DNA from: Octopus bimaculoides
Lineage: Eukaryota
DNA: 64,000 nucleotides
Assembly: GCF_001194135.2 (NCBI RefSeq)
Contig: NC_068993.1
Coordinates: 21,592,163-21,656,162, forward strand
Reading direction: 5' to 3'
Part shown: piece after piece, positions 12,705 to 26,519 of the stretch
How the letters are laid out: the number at the start of each line of letters is the position of its first letter
Position numbering within the stretch: the stretch's first letter is position 1
Translations under genes and position numbers: made by a program
The notes under the pieces: model-generated
Seen by the model: only the letters and a program-made list of their open reading frames with translations
What the model was told of the DNA's origin: nothing
Database searches by the model: none

Positions 12705-13059
12705 GCTTTCGATACAATGATATGTTATTGATGGCTTTTCATGTTTCTTCACAATTCTGCCATTTAGGTTTTTTGTAATATTTCTTGGAACTTGATCTGA
12801 TCGCAATCATATGGGGGTCATTAATCTGCATTTAGGTTTAGGAATAAAATTCTCATGATATTTTAGTCAATTATATTATGTAATTTTATTTATAATGAGT
12901 TTATGAGAAATATCTACACTATTAATTGCTACTATAAGCCTGCGTAGTAGCCTACTTACAATATTCTTTGCTATCGCTCTTCTCTGTGTAAATTTTCCTA
13001 TGCGTACTATCTCCTACTTCTGTAATTTTAACAGGCCTCGTTTCGAAATAAAGAATGTC

Positions 13060-13410
13060 TTGTAGAATGTTTTGGGGTTATATCTAAAATTAGATATGGC
13101 ATTGCATATCTACAATATTTTATTAGAATAGTGGTCACCGATCTTATTTTAGACTAGTAATTCTGTGTTTTAATCGTGAATGGACAAGTAGATGTGACCT
13201 AGTCTTCTAGATCAACGGAAACTATTTCTGTTACATGTATTTGATGTTGTCTTCTCCTTTGTACGTTACCGTTCTTAATATAGTGATGATTTGATGAGAT
13301 ACAGATATTTCTGACAGACAAGATTATATTATATAAACCCATGTAATGTTTTGTTTCTACAATATAATGTTCTGTAATAAATCACTTATACGATTCGATA
13401 CGTTGTATAA
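13060..13410 (+). mobile_element. Possible solo LTR
   Basis: Could run tgtag...ataaca (TG..CA) with an internal TATA-like ttatataaa (about 13330) and AATAAA (about 13377); no target-site duplication confirmed. Confidence 0.25.
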
Positions 13411-13595
13411 CATACCACGAATGCTTCTCTGCATTTCACCCGTCTTTACGGTCTGAGGTCAAATTCATCCGTGGGCGACTTTGCCTTTCATCCTTTCACG
13501 GTCAGTAGAATAAGTACCAGTTGTGCAGTGATGTCGATCTAATCGGCTTACCTCTCCCTAAAATTGCTGGCTTTGTGCCAAAATTCGAAACCAAT
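13405..13595 (+). mobile_element. SINE family B (about 200 bp)
   Basis: Core tctgaggtcaaattc...gactttgcctttcatcctttc...aagtaccagtt...gtcgatctaatcg, shared with many copies in the window. Confidence 0.8.
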
Positions 13596-15276
13596 ACATT
13601 ATACTAAAAGAAAAGTGCATTAGTATCAAACTGCTCAGATGTTCTTTCACCATTTCACTATTGTTGATATGTGAGGAAACTATGTTTATAAAAATAATTT
13701 CTCTCGTGTACTCAAAAACCTGTACATAATAAGTTTTTATTGATAAAATTAATTGTCATGACGCCTACATCCGAAGTACATTCTACTTAAAACCAAGGAC
13801 ATAGAAAGTATCAACCCAGACAGAACTATTAATAGAAACAATCACCATCTGCTTTTAGGCAAAGAATTATTCAGCTTCTTAATGAACGATTTCTTAAACA
13901 ACATAAATACATTTAGTAAAAATATTTTTAGCGCATTGTATGTCTAGAGTCAAGTACCTTCTGTGTAAGTACCTAACTCGTTCATTTTCGACCTTGTTGG
14001 GAGAATAGAACACAATTATTTTCAAAACATTGAAAAATAACGTAATTATGTAATATAAAGAATGTTCTTTGAGTAATCTCACTTTATGAGGTTGATGAAA
14101 TCTAGTGAAGTTCAAATGAAAGAAAAGAATTGGAGTATTTCCACGATGACCAAGAAACAATAGGAACATTCTCAATTTGAAATTATCATGTTTTGATCGT
14201 ATCGCTAGCAAGATTTTTACAAGCATAACAATAGGCCTATCCAAGATAAATTTCGTCTATTTCAAATTATATTTCAAATATATACTATCCAAGAGATTAC
14301 CAGCTGTAATACCGAAGACGTCATACTTAGCGTACTAGCAATTTAGGATCTTCACACATGCATACAAAGATACATACATACATTTGTGTGTATATATGTG
14401 TGTGTGTATATGTGTGTGTATGTGTGACAGCATGTATTTATATATGTATGAAATAAGATTTGTATTTTTCATTGCTATATTTTCTATCTTACATTGTTTG
14501 TATTTATTTCTAGCTTTACTCAACTTGTATTCCAACTTTTATTTATATCGATTCTGCGCACAACACTTAATTAATATAGATCACGCCTATCATTTTCATT
14601 TTTGTTTATCCTTGTTTATAAACCCATATATGTCCAAAATATACACGTAAAAGTTTAGAGTCTAACATTTCGAAACCTAGAATAAATAACTGCTTAAATA
14701 TTTGAATCATTTTCAGAAATATATCATTGAACGTGACTACAATGTACACGTAAAATATAAGCTTATAATAAAGACAGAGACGGAGTGGAAGGGCGAGCGA
14801 AATAGAGGGAAAATAAAGAGAGAGGCGGAGAGAAAAGTTACTGTTACAAACATCACGCTCAATAGATGAGATTTCTGATGAATCATTGATATGATAAGTG
14901 AAGCGAACGAGAGTTGTTGCTCAGCTCAATGGCAGTTTGGCTCTACGAAACCGAATCATGAGATGAACTCTTGGATAAATTGTCGCCTGAGAGATGTGGT
15001 GAAGGTTTGAATAATTCTATAAATGTATTATAGTTCACAAGTATTTTTACACAGAAGTTTACAGAGAAATAATATATTGTGGATGGCTAATTTCTTCACA
15101 AATTACTTGTAGATAGATATTTAAAAAATAATGTTTCATACAAATATACATGCATATATATAATATAAATGTACACCACTTTACAACCGGTGACTTGGTA
15201 GAGGGAGACCTAAAGAAGCACGTTGTATATGTGTGTGTGTTTGTGTGATTATTTGTACCACCACTACCACCACCAT

Positions 15277-16170
15277 GATATAAATAGTAACATTCAATTC
15301 ACAATGGAACATAACAAAGAACAGCTCCCATTTTTAGACATCATGATAAAAAAAGTCAACAATCAGATCATAACTGACATCTATTATAAACCAACTGATT
15401 TTAAACAATAACTCCTCTTTAGTTCATGCCACCCGAAACACATCAAAATGAATATCCCTTTCAATTTGGCAAAAAGGATTTGCGCAATAGTGTCTGATGG
15501 AACAGCTCGGGACCTTCGTCTTCAAGACCTCAAAACAACGCTTACTGAAAGACACTATCCACCCTCACTTCTAGACGATGAAATTAAGCGTGCAAAGAAA
15601 TTAGACATAAAAACACTAAGAACAACAAAACATAACACTACAACTCATCTCAAAACACTACTATTCATATCAACACACAACCCCAGAAACAGTGAGGTAT
15701 TCAACACTATTGTGCAAAATCTTCCTTTACTAACTAGAGATCCAAAAATGAAGGACCCTTTCTGCCAGTGCAAAGACACAATCTCTCCAGAAGAACGTTT
15801 AAATAAACATTTTTCATTGAAAAATACAGAACACGTCTTAATATGCACGCATAACTACTATCTTTTTACATATTTCAATTCACGATTTCATCACTTTTTT
15901 TTTGTGTGTGTGTACACATATATTCCCTTCCCCTTACCGAAAGCTGAACAGTTATTTGTTATTTCCCTTGCCCACAACAACAACAATAATAACGATAAAC
16001 AATTACCTCCCCTTATTCTTCTACTTGTGAAGCTATTCAGTCGTAAATATCATCACAAACAACATGGACAAAAATTTCTTCTTAAGAAAATACATATTCA
16101 AATAAGTAAACCATAATATCATGAATAGCGAAAGCGAAACCGGTCGATATATTAAAAATTATATTAAAAC
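15277..16170 (+). mobile_element. 5'-truncated Penelope-like element (RT C-terminus, one in-frame stop) with a degenerate hammerhead at its 3' end
   Basis: INSNIQFTMEHNKEQLPFLDIMIKK...TDIYYKPTDFKQ*LLFSSCHPKHIKMNIPFNLAKRICAIVS...ERHYP is typical PLE RT thumb; homology fades after about 15760. Confidence 0.9.
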
Positions 16171-16215
16171 TATGTAAAGTGTGTGTATTTTCCTTTTCTA
16201 ACATTTCTTATATAT

Positions 16216-16250
<35 letters not shown>

Positions 16251-17697
16251 CACATCCATATTTAAACAGGTTATGTTATTTCTATGATGAATGAACCTGT
16301 CATATAGTGTTAAATAATCTATATCGTTTAAATGGCAGAAATTTATATATTTTGACTTACCAACATTCGTCATCAATGCAGTATTGAGTTTCGAAATGTT
16401 GAATGTAGTAGCATAAACTCCCATTAAAACTGTTTTCTACACTTCTAAAATCTACACTTCGAGATTAAAGAATAGCAGAAGTTAAATGTAAATACGATAA
16501 GTGCGTGTCAAACAAAAGTGAAATGCTGAAATTCAATTGAAACTTACACTTTGATCATCAAACTTAGAAACCAAATCATACCTAGGTCTATTGGAGGAAT
16601 GATTCACATATTTACAATACATAAATAAAAAATCCAAAATTAATAACAAGCAAAGTGTTAAGACGATATATTTCAATCTCAGAGCCGTTCCGCTTAATTT
16701 TTTTTTCTTCCTGACCTCTCATTTCTTGGGGTTTACTAACATCTTTAAACTTAGCTATATTTCTTTCGGAAACATAAGAAATCTCCCGCGAGTGTCACCT
16801 AGTGTATTACTACAAACAACTTCTGTTTCAGCCATTTAGCTGACGTATGCCGTCCCCTTTGCTGTACTTAATCGTTTTCCCTTAGCATTTGTGATTTTTA
16901 TGATATTCGATTTAACCTTTCTATCATATGTATAGAAGTTTAGAGAAATATGAAATTTTGATTTTATTGAGCAGCTTTAAAAGGATATGTTACATATAAA
17001 GATTAAAAGGCAAACAAACAAAACAGTCGAAATTTATTTCCTTATAAATGTGATCCAGGATGTAAAATGAAGGCGGGAATATTCCTCGATAGAAATAGTT
17101 GAATCTTACTGGTTGTTTGTTCATTGTAATCCAAGGAATTTTACATAAAAAAATCAATTAAATTGATGAATAGTATTTACTCTTTAATGTTAGTGGCAAG
17201 CTGTGATGTGCTACAGATAATGCATAGTGTGTAGGCGAAGCAGAATCGATTAAACGCTCATTTCTCTTACGTTTTTAAAAGTGAAGAATCTAAAGAGCAA
17301 GCACTCAAACCGAAAGTCTCTATGAATTTGTAACAAAAATAGCAATGATTTAATTCATGCTAGAATGAAATTTTCCTCTGCAAAATGAGTTTTTGTTTTA
17401 TATCAACTCTAGACTATTTCCAATTAAATATGCATATTTTATAGATGTAGGCAGATTAAACGGTTAAGGTTGTGGTTATTGCAATGTTAAGAAGAACTTG
17501 TATGGATCTATCAAAATTAGCACTATCCTTACCTCTTAGAAATTAATCATAGATAACACATGGATAACAGTTAATACCCATATATATTAACTGCATAATC
17601 GTAGCATTCGAGCAAATGTTGACCGGATAAACACTTTGAGATCCTGATTAAATACATTTAATGCATTGGTTTTGAAAAGTTAGATTCCTTATATATA

Positions 17698-17944
17698 NNN
17701 NNNNNNNNNNNNNNNNNNNNNNNNNNNNNNNNNNNNNNNNNNNNNNNNNNNNNNNNNNNNNNNNNNNNNNNNNNNNNNNNNNNNNNNNNNNNNNNNNNNN
17801 NNNNNNNNNNNNNNNNNNNNNNNNNNNNNNNNNNNNNNNNNNNNNNNNNNNNNNNNNNNNNNNNNNNNNNNNNNNNNNNNNNNNNNNNNNNNNNNNNNNN
17901 NNNNNNNNNNNNNNNNNNNNNNNNNNNNNNNNNNNNNNNNNNNN
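17698..17944. other. Assembly gap flanked by (TA)/(CA) repeats
   Basis: Run of N. Confidence 1.
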
Positions 17945-18035
<91 letters not shown>

Positions 18036-18769
18036 AACACCTCATGTAAGAATCCGCATTCCTCTATTAATTCCCATCAATCTAATGTTGAATGTTGCCA
18101 TAGTTAATTCATTAATTTTGAGAATGATCACGCAGCGTCAAAGTTAATTATTTTAAAGACCCACAGATTCCACCTCGGACGCTCATACAACTGATGCTGT
18201 AGTATAATAGTTAGTGGAGAGAGGTCATTGAATTTACTTTTTCTGCTGTGTCTATTTTTATACTTCCCCTGCAATTTATTGAATTTTTTATTGCACATTT
18301 GAATTTGTTGCTTTCCAAAACGCAGATATTGATATTTTACTAAAGAACAAATAAAACGACAATATCTTTTAGTTTGTTTTATAATCAGTTTTACTTTCGC
18401 AAACTAAATAATCTGAAATCAATCAACTAAACTGTTATCTTTAACTACTGGTTCCTTTGAACTAAGGCATATGATTCAGTTTAAGTTACAATGAAGCCCA
18501 GAGCTTAAGTCGTAACATCAGTTTGAAGACTTCTCGACGGATATTGCTTTTAAAAGTGTTAAATGCAATGCAATATGGAACATATCTTATCGTATAGACT
18601 TTCCGTTAAAAAAGTTCAATTACTTTTAAAACAAAAGCATAACTTACACATATAATACTAAATTTCAGACTAAATTTAACAGGTTGCATGAACGGAAAAG
18701 AAGACATAATATCCCATCGAAATATATATATTTTTTAAAGAAAACAAGATATCAGCTAGAACATTTTCT

Positions 18770-19450
18770 GAGAGATAACAGTTTTCTGAAAGTAACCACT
18801 CTCAATTTCACCTACAGCATGAAAACGGCTAAGCAACCAGGCACATGCATTCCTCACTGTGTCCCTGGGAATATCATTGAATACTTCCTTGATCTTGGCT
18901 ACCGGCACGGGTTAAGTGTTGCAGGCAGTGCGACTTATGTTTTTCTCAACTGTGCTCCACAAACTATTTCATGGGATTACAACAGGAGGGGTTGTGGGAC
19001 TAGAAATTGCCGCTGGTGAACTTGTTGAAATTCTCCGACAATCACTTCTGACTTTTTCCGGAGGTATGGCAAAGAGCCGATTCCTGCTGCCACATATACA
19101 ACCTTCCAGCAACGATCCTCCTCAGCCAGAGATTTGCAGTAGTCTCCAACAACTTCACATAACCGTCTGAATTAAGCCTAGTATCCTGTTCAAAAATGGG
19201 GCGATGAATTCTTGCTGTCTCCCTTTCTGCTGCACGTGGCTTTTTAGTCTCCGTCGAAGTGGTCCACGTCTCGTCTTACATTCTTTACAGCATTCACAAA
19301 ACGTTGGTCAGCGGCCTTGGTGTCGGCATTGTCATACTCAATGCGATTCATCATGATATAAGAAAACCTTTTCTAGTATTCAAATGGCTTCCAGTCCTCC
19401 GTGTCAAATTTTTCTCAGCTACAAATTTAATCTTTTTGCTCTCAAGCGCC
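18770..19450 (-). mobile_element. Tc1/mariner transposase pseudogene (DD37D/maT-like C-terminal half)
   Basis: RLNSDGYVKLLETTANLWLRRIVAGRLYMWQQESALCHTSGKSQK*LSENF...SCCNPM matches the QQDSAPxHT and WPxNSPDxNPxD motifs; several stops and frameshifts. Confidence 0.88.
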
Positions 19451-21459
19451 CATGACTATCCAATAATGCTTCAAGCAGTTTCTGTAAAAAAGGAGTCATA
19501 ACAAGTCATCATATTTATCCCGAATATAGTATATTAATATTTAGCCTAATTTCAGCTTAAACGGGTTCTGGTACCCACTTCCCTTTTTGCCCTATTACAT
19601 ATGTAGTACAGACTTCCCCCATATATGAGATTAGTGATAAGCATAACAGGCTGGATTATCGTTTGGAAATATAACTATTTTCTGTTAATTCACATGAACA
19701 GTACTGGGGCACAGCAGAAGAAGATAAAAAAAAACTCCGTCAATGACTTTATAAAACAAAAATATTCGACGAGAAAATATGAGTGTATGCAGTATAACTG
19801 TCTTTAAACAGGTACTGGTTTAAGATACATGTTGCTGATATTCTCAGCTCAGCATAATTATAAAAATTACTATGAAAAAGTTCACTTCATTATAATTCTA
19901 AGCACAACAAACTGAGAATAGGTATTACATTCCTGAACGAATTACATTGAGGTGTAAAGCAATGAAAAAGATTGTGTGTCGTCATACACTTTTTTCTGAT
20001 CAACTACAGACGTCATAAACCAAAAATGCAAGATGAAAAAGAACTTCCAAACCTATTAATATTGTAAGTTGGGAGTACTTATCTGTGAACACACGTGATT
20101 ATCACACCTTTATTTTTCTGTTCATAGGTGTACTTCATGAGGTTAGACGAGACCTGGGGTTAATATAGACACCACCAATTTATTAGAATGGACAGCGTTA
20201 GGCAATATACCTGTTGAATGTTTATTAAATCCGAACAAATTCTCTGAAAGATTTATGGAAGGAAATAAAAATCTACTTAAATACATACATTATTGAATTA
20301 CTTTATGAATATCCAGTATTTAGCTATATCCCTGGTGTGACTCATTCGATTATTTGACATTACAATCTCTTATTGCTACATACATTATGTAATATGAAAT
20401 ACAATGCAAATAATGGTTGAAGCAATATGAAATAAAAGCATCGATGAGGCTATGTTAGTATTCTATGATAGCATAAACTATAATATAAATGAGACGATGT
20501 TAATGACATGAGATTACCATTACACACATATAGTATTTCATTAATGCAGCTGCTTAGGGGAGTATTAAATATTTAAAATTTTTGAAATCAAATATTGTGC
20601 AGTGTTAAACATAAAAGACTACGACTAATTATCAGTTAAGTTTAACGGTAAATAGATAATATTACATGTAATTTTATTACACTTAATAGTTTCAGGATAT
20701 ATGTAGCTAAGTAAAGTGGTACATGTTGACACTTCTTTCATGGATAAATTCAGCAACAAGAAGAAACACTAAAGTAATTAACCACATGATATCGTAACAT
20801 CTAGGTCGCTTACCATCAGAATATAATAATAAATAATATGTGTTTAAATACAAAACATGGTAGATAGACGGAAAACTATTCTTGCACCCCTCTGCTTTTC
20901 ATAACAAGTAGATGATCATTAATATGTATTTATTACAATTCATTTCCGCTCCGTATACGGAGTCTGGCCGATAATACTTGATGGAATTTCTGAAATCCAG
21001 AAACCTCTAAAGTCAAAGGAAATTTTGAGCAACAGCTTCATCACGAATGGAAATTCTGACGCTTTACTTTCTCCCAAAAAGAAATGTGACGATGTAAATG
21101 GCATTGAATAAAAATGTACAACTGGAAACGATGTAAGGCCCTTTTATGTGATTAACAAACTCAATTGAAAATATAATATATGGATTTGGTTCGGTAAAAT
21201 CCAAGCGTTCAAAGATCGAAATTGCTATATTGGGGACGCTTCGTTTTGCTCGCTTTTCAATTAAAATCTATTTTATGTACGTAGTACGTAGCGATATTAC
21301 TACCAAAATTGTTTTAAACTATCACTACGGTTTAAGGTGTGTTCTTAAAGGAAAATAAACAACGAGTTTATATATCGATCCCAGACCCTACCTACTTAGA
21401 AATATATGGATTGAGTAGCCCAACGACAGTAGATTGCAGCTGTTATACATACTCTTAGG

Positions 21460-21600
21460 AGTATTTAAGTCGATTACATCGACCCACTGTTGAACTGTAC
21501 TTGTTTTATCAAGCACAAAATGACGAAAGGCAGAGTCGGCCCCCAATGGAATTTAAACTCAGAACTTATTTCAACCGACTTGCTAACGATTCTGCTATCT
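21460..21600 (-). mobile_element. SINE family B, degenerate
   Basis: gtcgattacatcgaccc...gaaaggcagagtcggc...ggaatttaaactcagaac...gctaacgattctgc. Confidence 0.75.
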
Positions 21601-22464
21601 TGCCCTCTTTTGTCTAAGATCAAAATGTAGAAATATATAATCCTTCTGAAATCCGAATCACACCTTGTCTCAAGCATTTTCGATTGAGATTTTCAACTTG
21701 TAGGGCAAATTATTGACCAGTAATTACTGTAAATAATTAATTGTAATTTACTAGATTTTAAAAGTAACTCAGGATTGGTGTAAGTAGTTATATAAAACAG
21801 GATTTTGAGGAAATCAAAACAGTCATCCCTATATTCTTTCTTGAAAGAAATTCATAATTATTGATTCTAACTCACCGTATCGACAGACATAGGTGCGTAT
21901 CGAAAGACATCGGCGATTTCTAATTTAGATCAGTGGTGTCCTGTTGCATGTCGCTGGTTTATTGACAGATCACTCTTCCTGTCTCCGGATTTATCGACAT
22001 TTCTCGTGAAGCAATCCACTTATTCAGACTTTGTAACAGAATAATAGATAACCTCCTCAGAAATCGTTCTAGTCAAGATATACAACACTTGTAATTACAC
22101 ACGACAATACGCAACTCTCAGATCCTTCTGATTTGGCGGGCGCCACTTTTCTTTATGCTTTATTTAGTGTGTTTTCTACCGAAACACTTTCAAACTTCGT
22201 ATACTTGTATATTTTGTGTTATAGAACAGATAGAAATTTTTGTATTCGAAGTTAGTTCATGAAAAGAAATTGTCGTATTTCGGTAATCTCAACCAATCAC
22301 TGACGTCTATTGAGGTGAAAACAATTACTGCTATGGATTGTCAACAAAACGTTATGCGGTGTAATGGGATCATTTCTCTTGAATAAAATTAGTGTCGTTG
22401 TTTGTCAACAACAACTAACGTCGGTACTGTTATTTATGACATCGTTTGTGCGATTTAATTAAAA

Positions 22465-22985
22465 TTTTTCCGACGTATTATCTGACACGGACTGTGACGC
22501 ATTGACTTTATGTATTCAATGGTAGATCCCACAGGTTCAATTCTACCAGATTTACTGTATCGAACAGATTCATTGTATTTTTTAGATATTTTTCTTTCCC
22601 GTGTCATTTCTTTAAGTTTGATTTCTTGAGAAATTTCGTCCAAGAATTGAACTCTTTCCCCTGACACACTATGAACTATCTTAGTAGTTTTTTTTTGTAT
22701 ATCGGCCTTCCTATCTTAATCCATGTTGCCGTATTAATCATCTATACGCTTGATCCGCTATTTGATTGCATTTTCGTCTGAAAACCATTATTTTTACCGA
22801 CACAAATTTTCGGTTTTCTATGGTATAGTTTATTTTTGTTGAGTAGTCCTTCTTTGGTTTCTTATTTTTACATTTTTCCTCAACCGTCATTTTGAGGCCA
22901 AGTTTTACCACACTTAAAGCATTTTTTATCTTTAAAGGAGCAATCTGTCTTAAAATGCATGTCTCTGTAACCATAGGACGGTTTG
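22465..22985 (-). mobile_element. Ty3/Gypsy (K02A2.6-like) gag zinc knuckle + aspartic protease remnant
   Basis: HFKTDCSFKDKKCFKCGK (knuckle), MQSNSGS..MINTATWIKIGRP, SVSGERVQFLDEI and NLFDT..LNLWDLPLNT across frameshifts. Confidence 0.78.
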
Positions 22986-23034
22986 GGATTTATCTGTCTT
23001 TGTTTTCTTTCAATACTTTCTTTACACGTTTGTG

Positions 23035-23035
<1 letters not shown>

Positions 23036-23114
<79 letters not shown>
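23036..23114. repeat. (ATT)n microsatellite
   Basis: Direct reading; source of the poly-I ORF. Confidence 0.97.
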
Positions 23115-23170
23115 GCGTCTTCTATTTTTCTTGTATCTTCTTGAAGGTTTATTATTTGTTAGCATTCCTC

Positions 23171-23344
23171 NNNNNNNNNNNNNNNNNNNNNNNNNNNNNN
23201 NNNNNNNNNNNNNNNNNNNNNNNNNNNNNNNNNNNNNNNNNNNNNNNNNNNNNNNNNNNNNNNNNNNNNNNNNNNNNNNNNNNNNNNNNNNNNNNNNNNN
23301 NNNNNNNNNNNNNNNNNNNNNNNNNNNNNNNNNNNNNNNNNNNN
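23171..23344. other. Assembly gap
   Basis: Run of N. Confidence 1.
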
Positions 23345-23367
23345 CTCTCTCTCTCTCTCTCTCTCTC

Positions 23368-23405
<38 letters not shown>

Positions 23406-25829
23406 CACTCTCTGCGCGTATCCAATTATATTGTGGCAGACTTTATTAGGAGCCAACCAAGTAGGCGTGTTCTGCTTCCACACATTTGGAACAAAGTATA
23501 ATTCATTATTTACTTTCTTTAAATGGATTTATATTTTGGCAGTCAGTGTATTTCATATCTAAACAATTTATTCGTTCAATGTTTTCCCAATTTATAGTTG
23601 CCCGTGAAGTTATGTAACCTTACAATACTAAGCCAATGGGTCGAAATATGCGGGTTTCATCTCTTGTTGAATGAAAGGCTTCATTCAAATTACTCATGAT
23701 AAAAAAGTCACTATAATTAGTAGTAGTTTTGTTTATCGTAGTGATATTGTATTCGATTAATCAAATCTCTGACAGTTTGTATTACCAAACGACAAGTGAT
23801 TTTATTTCCTTTATAAGCGCAATTAGAGCACCGGAGACTATGTCACCGAATAAGATGGGATTTGGCAATTTCTAATGTCCCAAAGTGACGAAACTTTCTG
23901 GATTTTCAAATCATAAAAATTTCCATATTGAAAAATATTTATTTGAAATAACTGAAATTGCGAAAACAAAAATCAATATATTATATAAACAGCTTTAACA
24001 TATCTGAAAGGAAACGTCACCGCTGAGATTTGTATGACACACAGCTATTGGAGATTTCATCATCCCCGTTCAAATTTTGACAAGAGAAAATACATGATAA
24101 TTTCAACGTTTTGTGTTTTTACGAAAATGCCTGTGAAGGAAATGAAATGATGACAAATTAACATGTTATATTCTGAGCCGGTTCAGTGATTAATTGTTTC
24201 ACTTTGTCTTGAATTCTAAAGCACAATCCCGCAGTATAGAATTTCAATTTTAACTTTATATCAACTCCTCTTACAGTTAATAGAAAATACAAAATTCAAG
24301 TTCTAGTAACTGTTATACCTTGCTCTCAAAATGAACTGGTTTGAGGCAATTTGATTCTCTCTTGAAAAACTTTCTCTCTTTTCTTTCTACAGAAATCGTT
24401 TTAAAGCTTATTGTCTGCTATTTTTATGTAAGAAGTATTTGTTAAGCATAAAAAAACAGACACACAATGCACTGTCCTTCTAAAGAGAGAGGTCTACGCG
24501 GGCATTCAACTTCGTACAAATAACCGTCAATTGCCCTCAAATACCACTCTTCTCTTTAATAAAATATATTTCACAGTTTGTCCTTGAGGCTTGGTTAGAG
24601 TTAGAACTCTTTTGAACATTGCTAAAGTGGAACCAGAATCAACGTATGTTTCTAACTCAACTCGCGTTACTCTAAAACGGATACTTAAAATATAAAGATT
24701 TCTTTCTGCTAGAGAAATTCTTAAAGACGACAGAAAGATATTCTGCCATTCATTGTTCTCGTAAAAAAATTGGTTAAATAAACGAATAATAGGACATGGT
24801 TGCTGTGCTTTAATATCAAACAAGGCGCCAGCACTTTATTTCTCTTTTCAAAATATAAAGAAAACAATTCCTACTGCAATCAAAATAGTAACATGTCAAA
24901 GAGTGATGTGAATGGTTATAAAAATGCAGTTTATAGAATAACTCAGAATATTACATCAAAGTTTATTATCAGTAAAAACAATATAATTCTTTATCCTTCA
25001 TTACATAGTTTAGGAAGGCTCCATGAGATTTCTATACCAAGAAATATCATGTTTCTACACAAACATATCCAGAGAAAGAAATAATCGCAAATACGCAGAT
25101 TTGCGCATACACACCATGTAACCATAAATTTCTTGACAAAATGCAATAAACATAGATAGTCGGCACATAATTCTAAAGAGATGTGTACATATTCTAGCAC
25201 ACCTGCAGGCACGTAAGTGTACATAGATACGTAGAAAAATACACACACACACACAAACACACACTCGCCCACTCACACAAATCAGGAAATGAGATGACAG
25301 GTATAACTGATTATTTCATGAACTTCATTAGCTTACAGTTATTTCTTCTATAGAATGCAGTGGACTCATTGTTGAGTGCCTGAGTAACACCACAGAAAAT
25401 CCTCAAGCATTTAATCCTTTGTCATCACATTTTATTATTGACGATCTGTACTAGACTCTTCTCTTAATAAGAATGCCAAAGCGAAATATTAAGATGTATG
25501 TATAAATCTACGGATAACAGCCGGTAATCGAAGCTGTGCCGGTGCATTACTCATCGTCTGCCTATACATTTTTTATAATTTCTCCGTCATATATATATAA
25601 ATTTATATAAATAAGGATAAGATCGATATTTAAAATACCGATTTTATCAGGTGGCCAGTAATTTTTGCTAGTTCATTTTGTCTCTTCGTCTTCTCTTCTG
25701 GTGATGTATGAACATTTAATGTGGTTTTAGAGTCACGTTTTGACTGCTATTTCCAGCTTGGTGGCATCTCTTAGATACCCTAAATTATAATTCTATGTAT
25801 GTATATATATACACAAGTGATGGAGATGC

Positions 25830-26440
25830 AAATAGCACAGAACGAAATCTGAGTCATTACAAGTTAAGAAGGAATTTAATAAAAATGATTTTAAAAATTA
25901 TATTACGAAAATATTACCGGTTTCGGAGATGAGACTCATCTTATCAAATACATCTAAAAATTCATACAAGTTTGAAATAAAAACAGTTTATCTTCTATCT
26001 GCGTGTCAAAAGCATGTCTGGAGATTTTTCGTTGAAGTCTTCTTTGAATATAGTTTCATATAGAGTTCAAAGTGTTAGAGAGTAAGAGATGGGGGTGTAG
26101 TTGTACATTGGCTTAAATTAAATCTTTGTGGCTTCCTGCCATGGGAGTGGCTTAAAAGCATTTATTGAACGGGCTTTATGTCTACCTGTGTGTGAGTGTG
26201 TATGTGTGTCAGTAAGTGAGTGTGTGTGTATTGTGTTGAATGTCTTTTCAATATATTTGGAATGTGACCAGCTGTCTGCTGATGGGTGTGCATGCTGTGA
26301 TGATTGTCTTGTTGAAGAACAAATTAGGATTATTCTCTGGGTTTGACGTATTCTTTTAAGTGCCCCCACCTGTGTGTATGTGTGTGATCAGCAGCAGTGT
26401 GTATTTGTGTGTTTGTGTGTGTGCATGTACGTAGTTGTGT
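25830..26440 (-). repeat. Left arm of an inverted repeat pair (partner about 27960-28514), possibly Penelope-derived
   Basis: For example, ggcttcctgccatgggagtggcttaaaagcatttattgaa (about 26129-26168) is the near reverse complement of ttcaataaatgcttttaagccactctcatggcaggaagc (about 28216-28254). Confidence 0.9.
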
Positions 26441-26477
26441 GTGTAGGTACAAATTTGTGTGTGTGTGTTTTCTGATG

Positions 26478-26516
<39 letters not shown>

Positions 26517-26519
<3 letters not shown>

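Noticed and set aside
14875-14910. CTGATGA as a hammerhead core (also at 58393)
   Set aside because: There is no correctly placed GAAA or stem I/III.
24527-24823. YVDSGST as a retroviral-type protease motif
   Set aside because: There are no other protease, gag or RT motifs nearby; a short motif is expected by chance.
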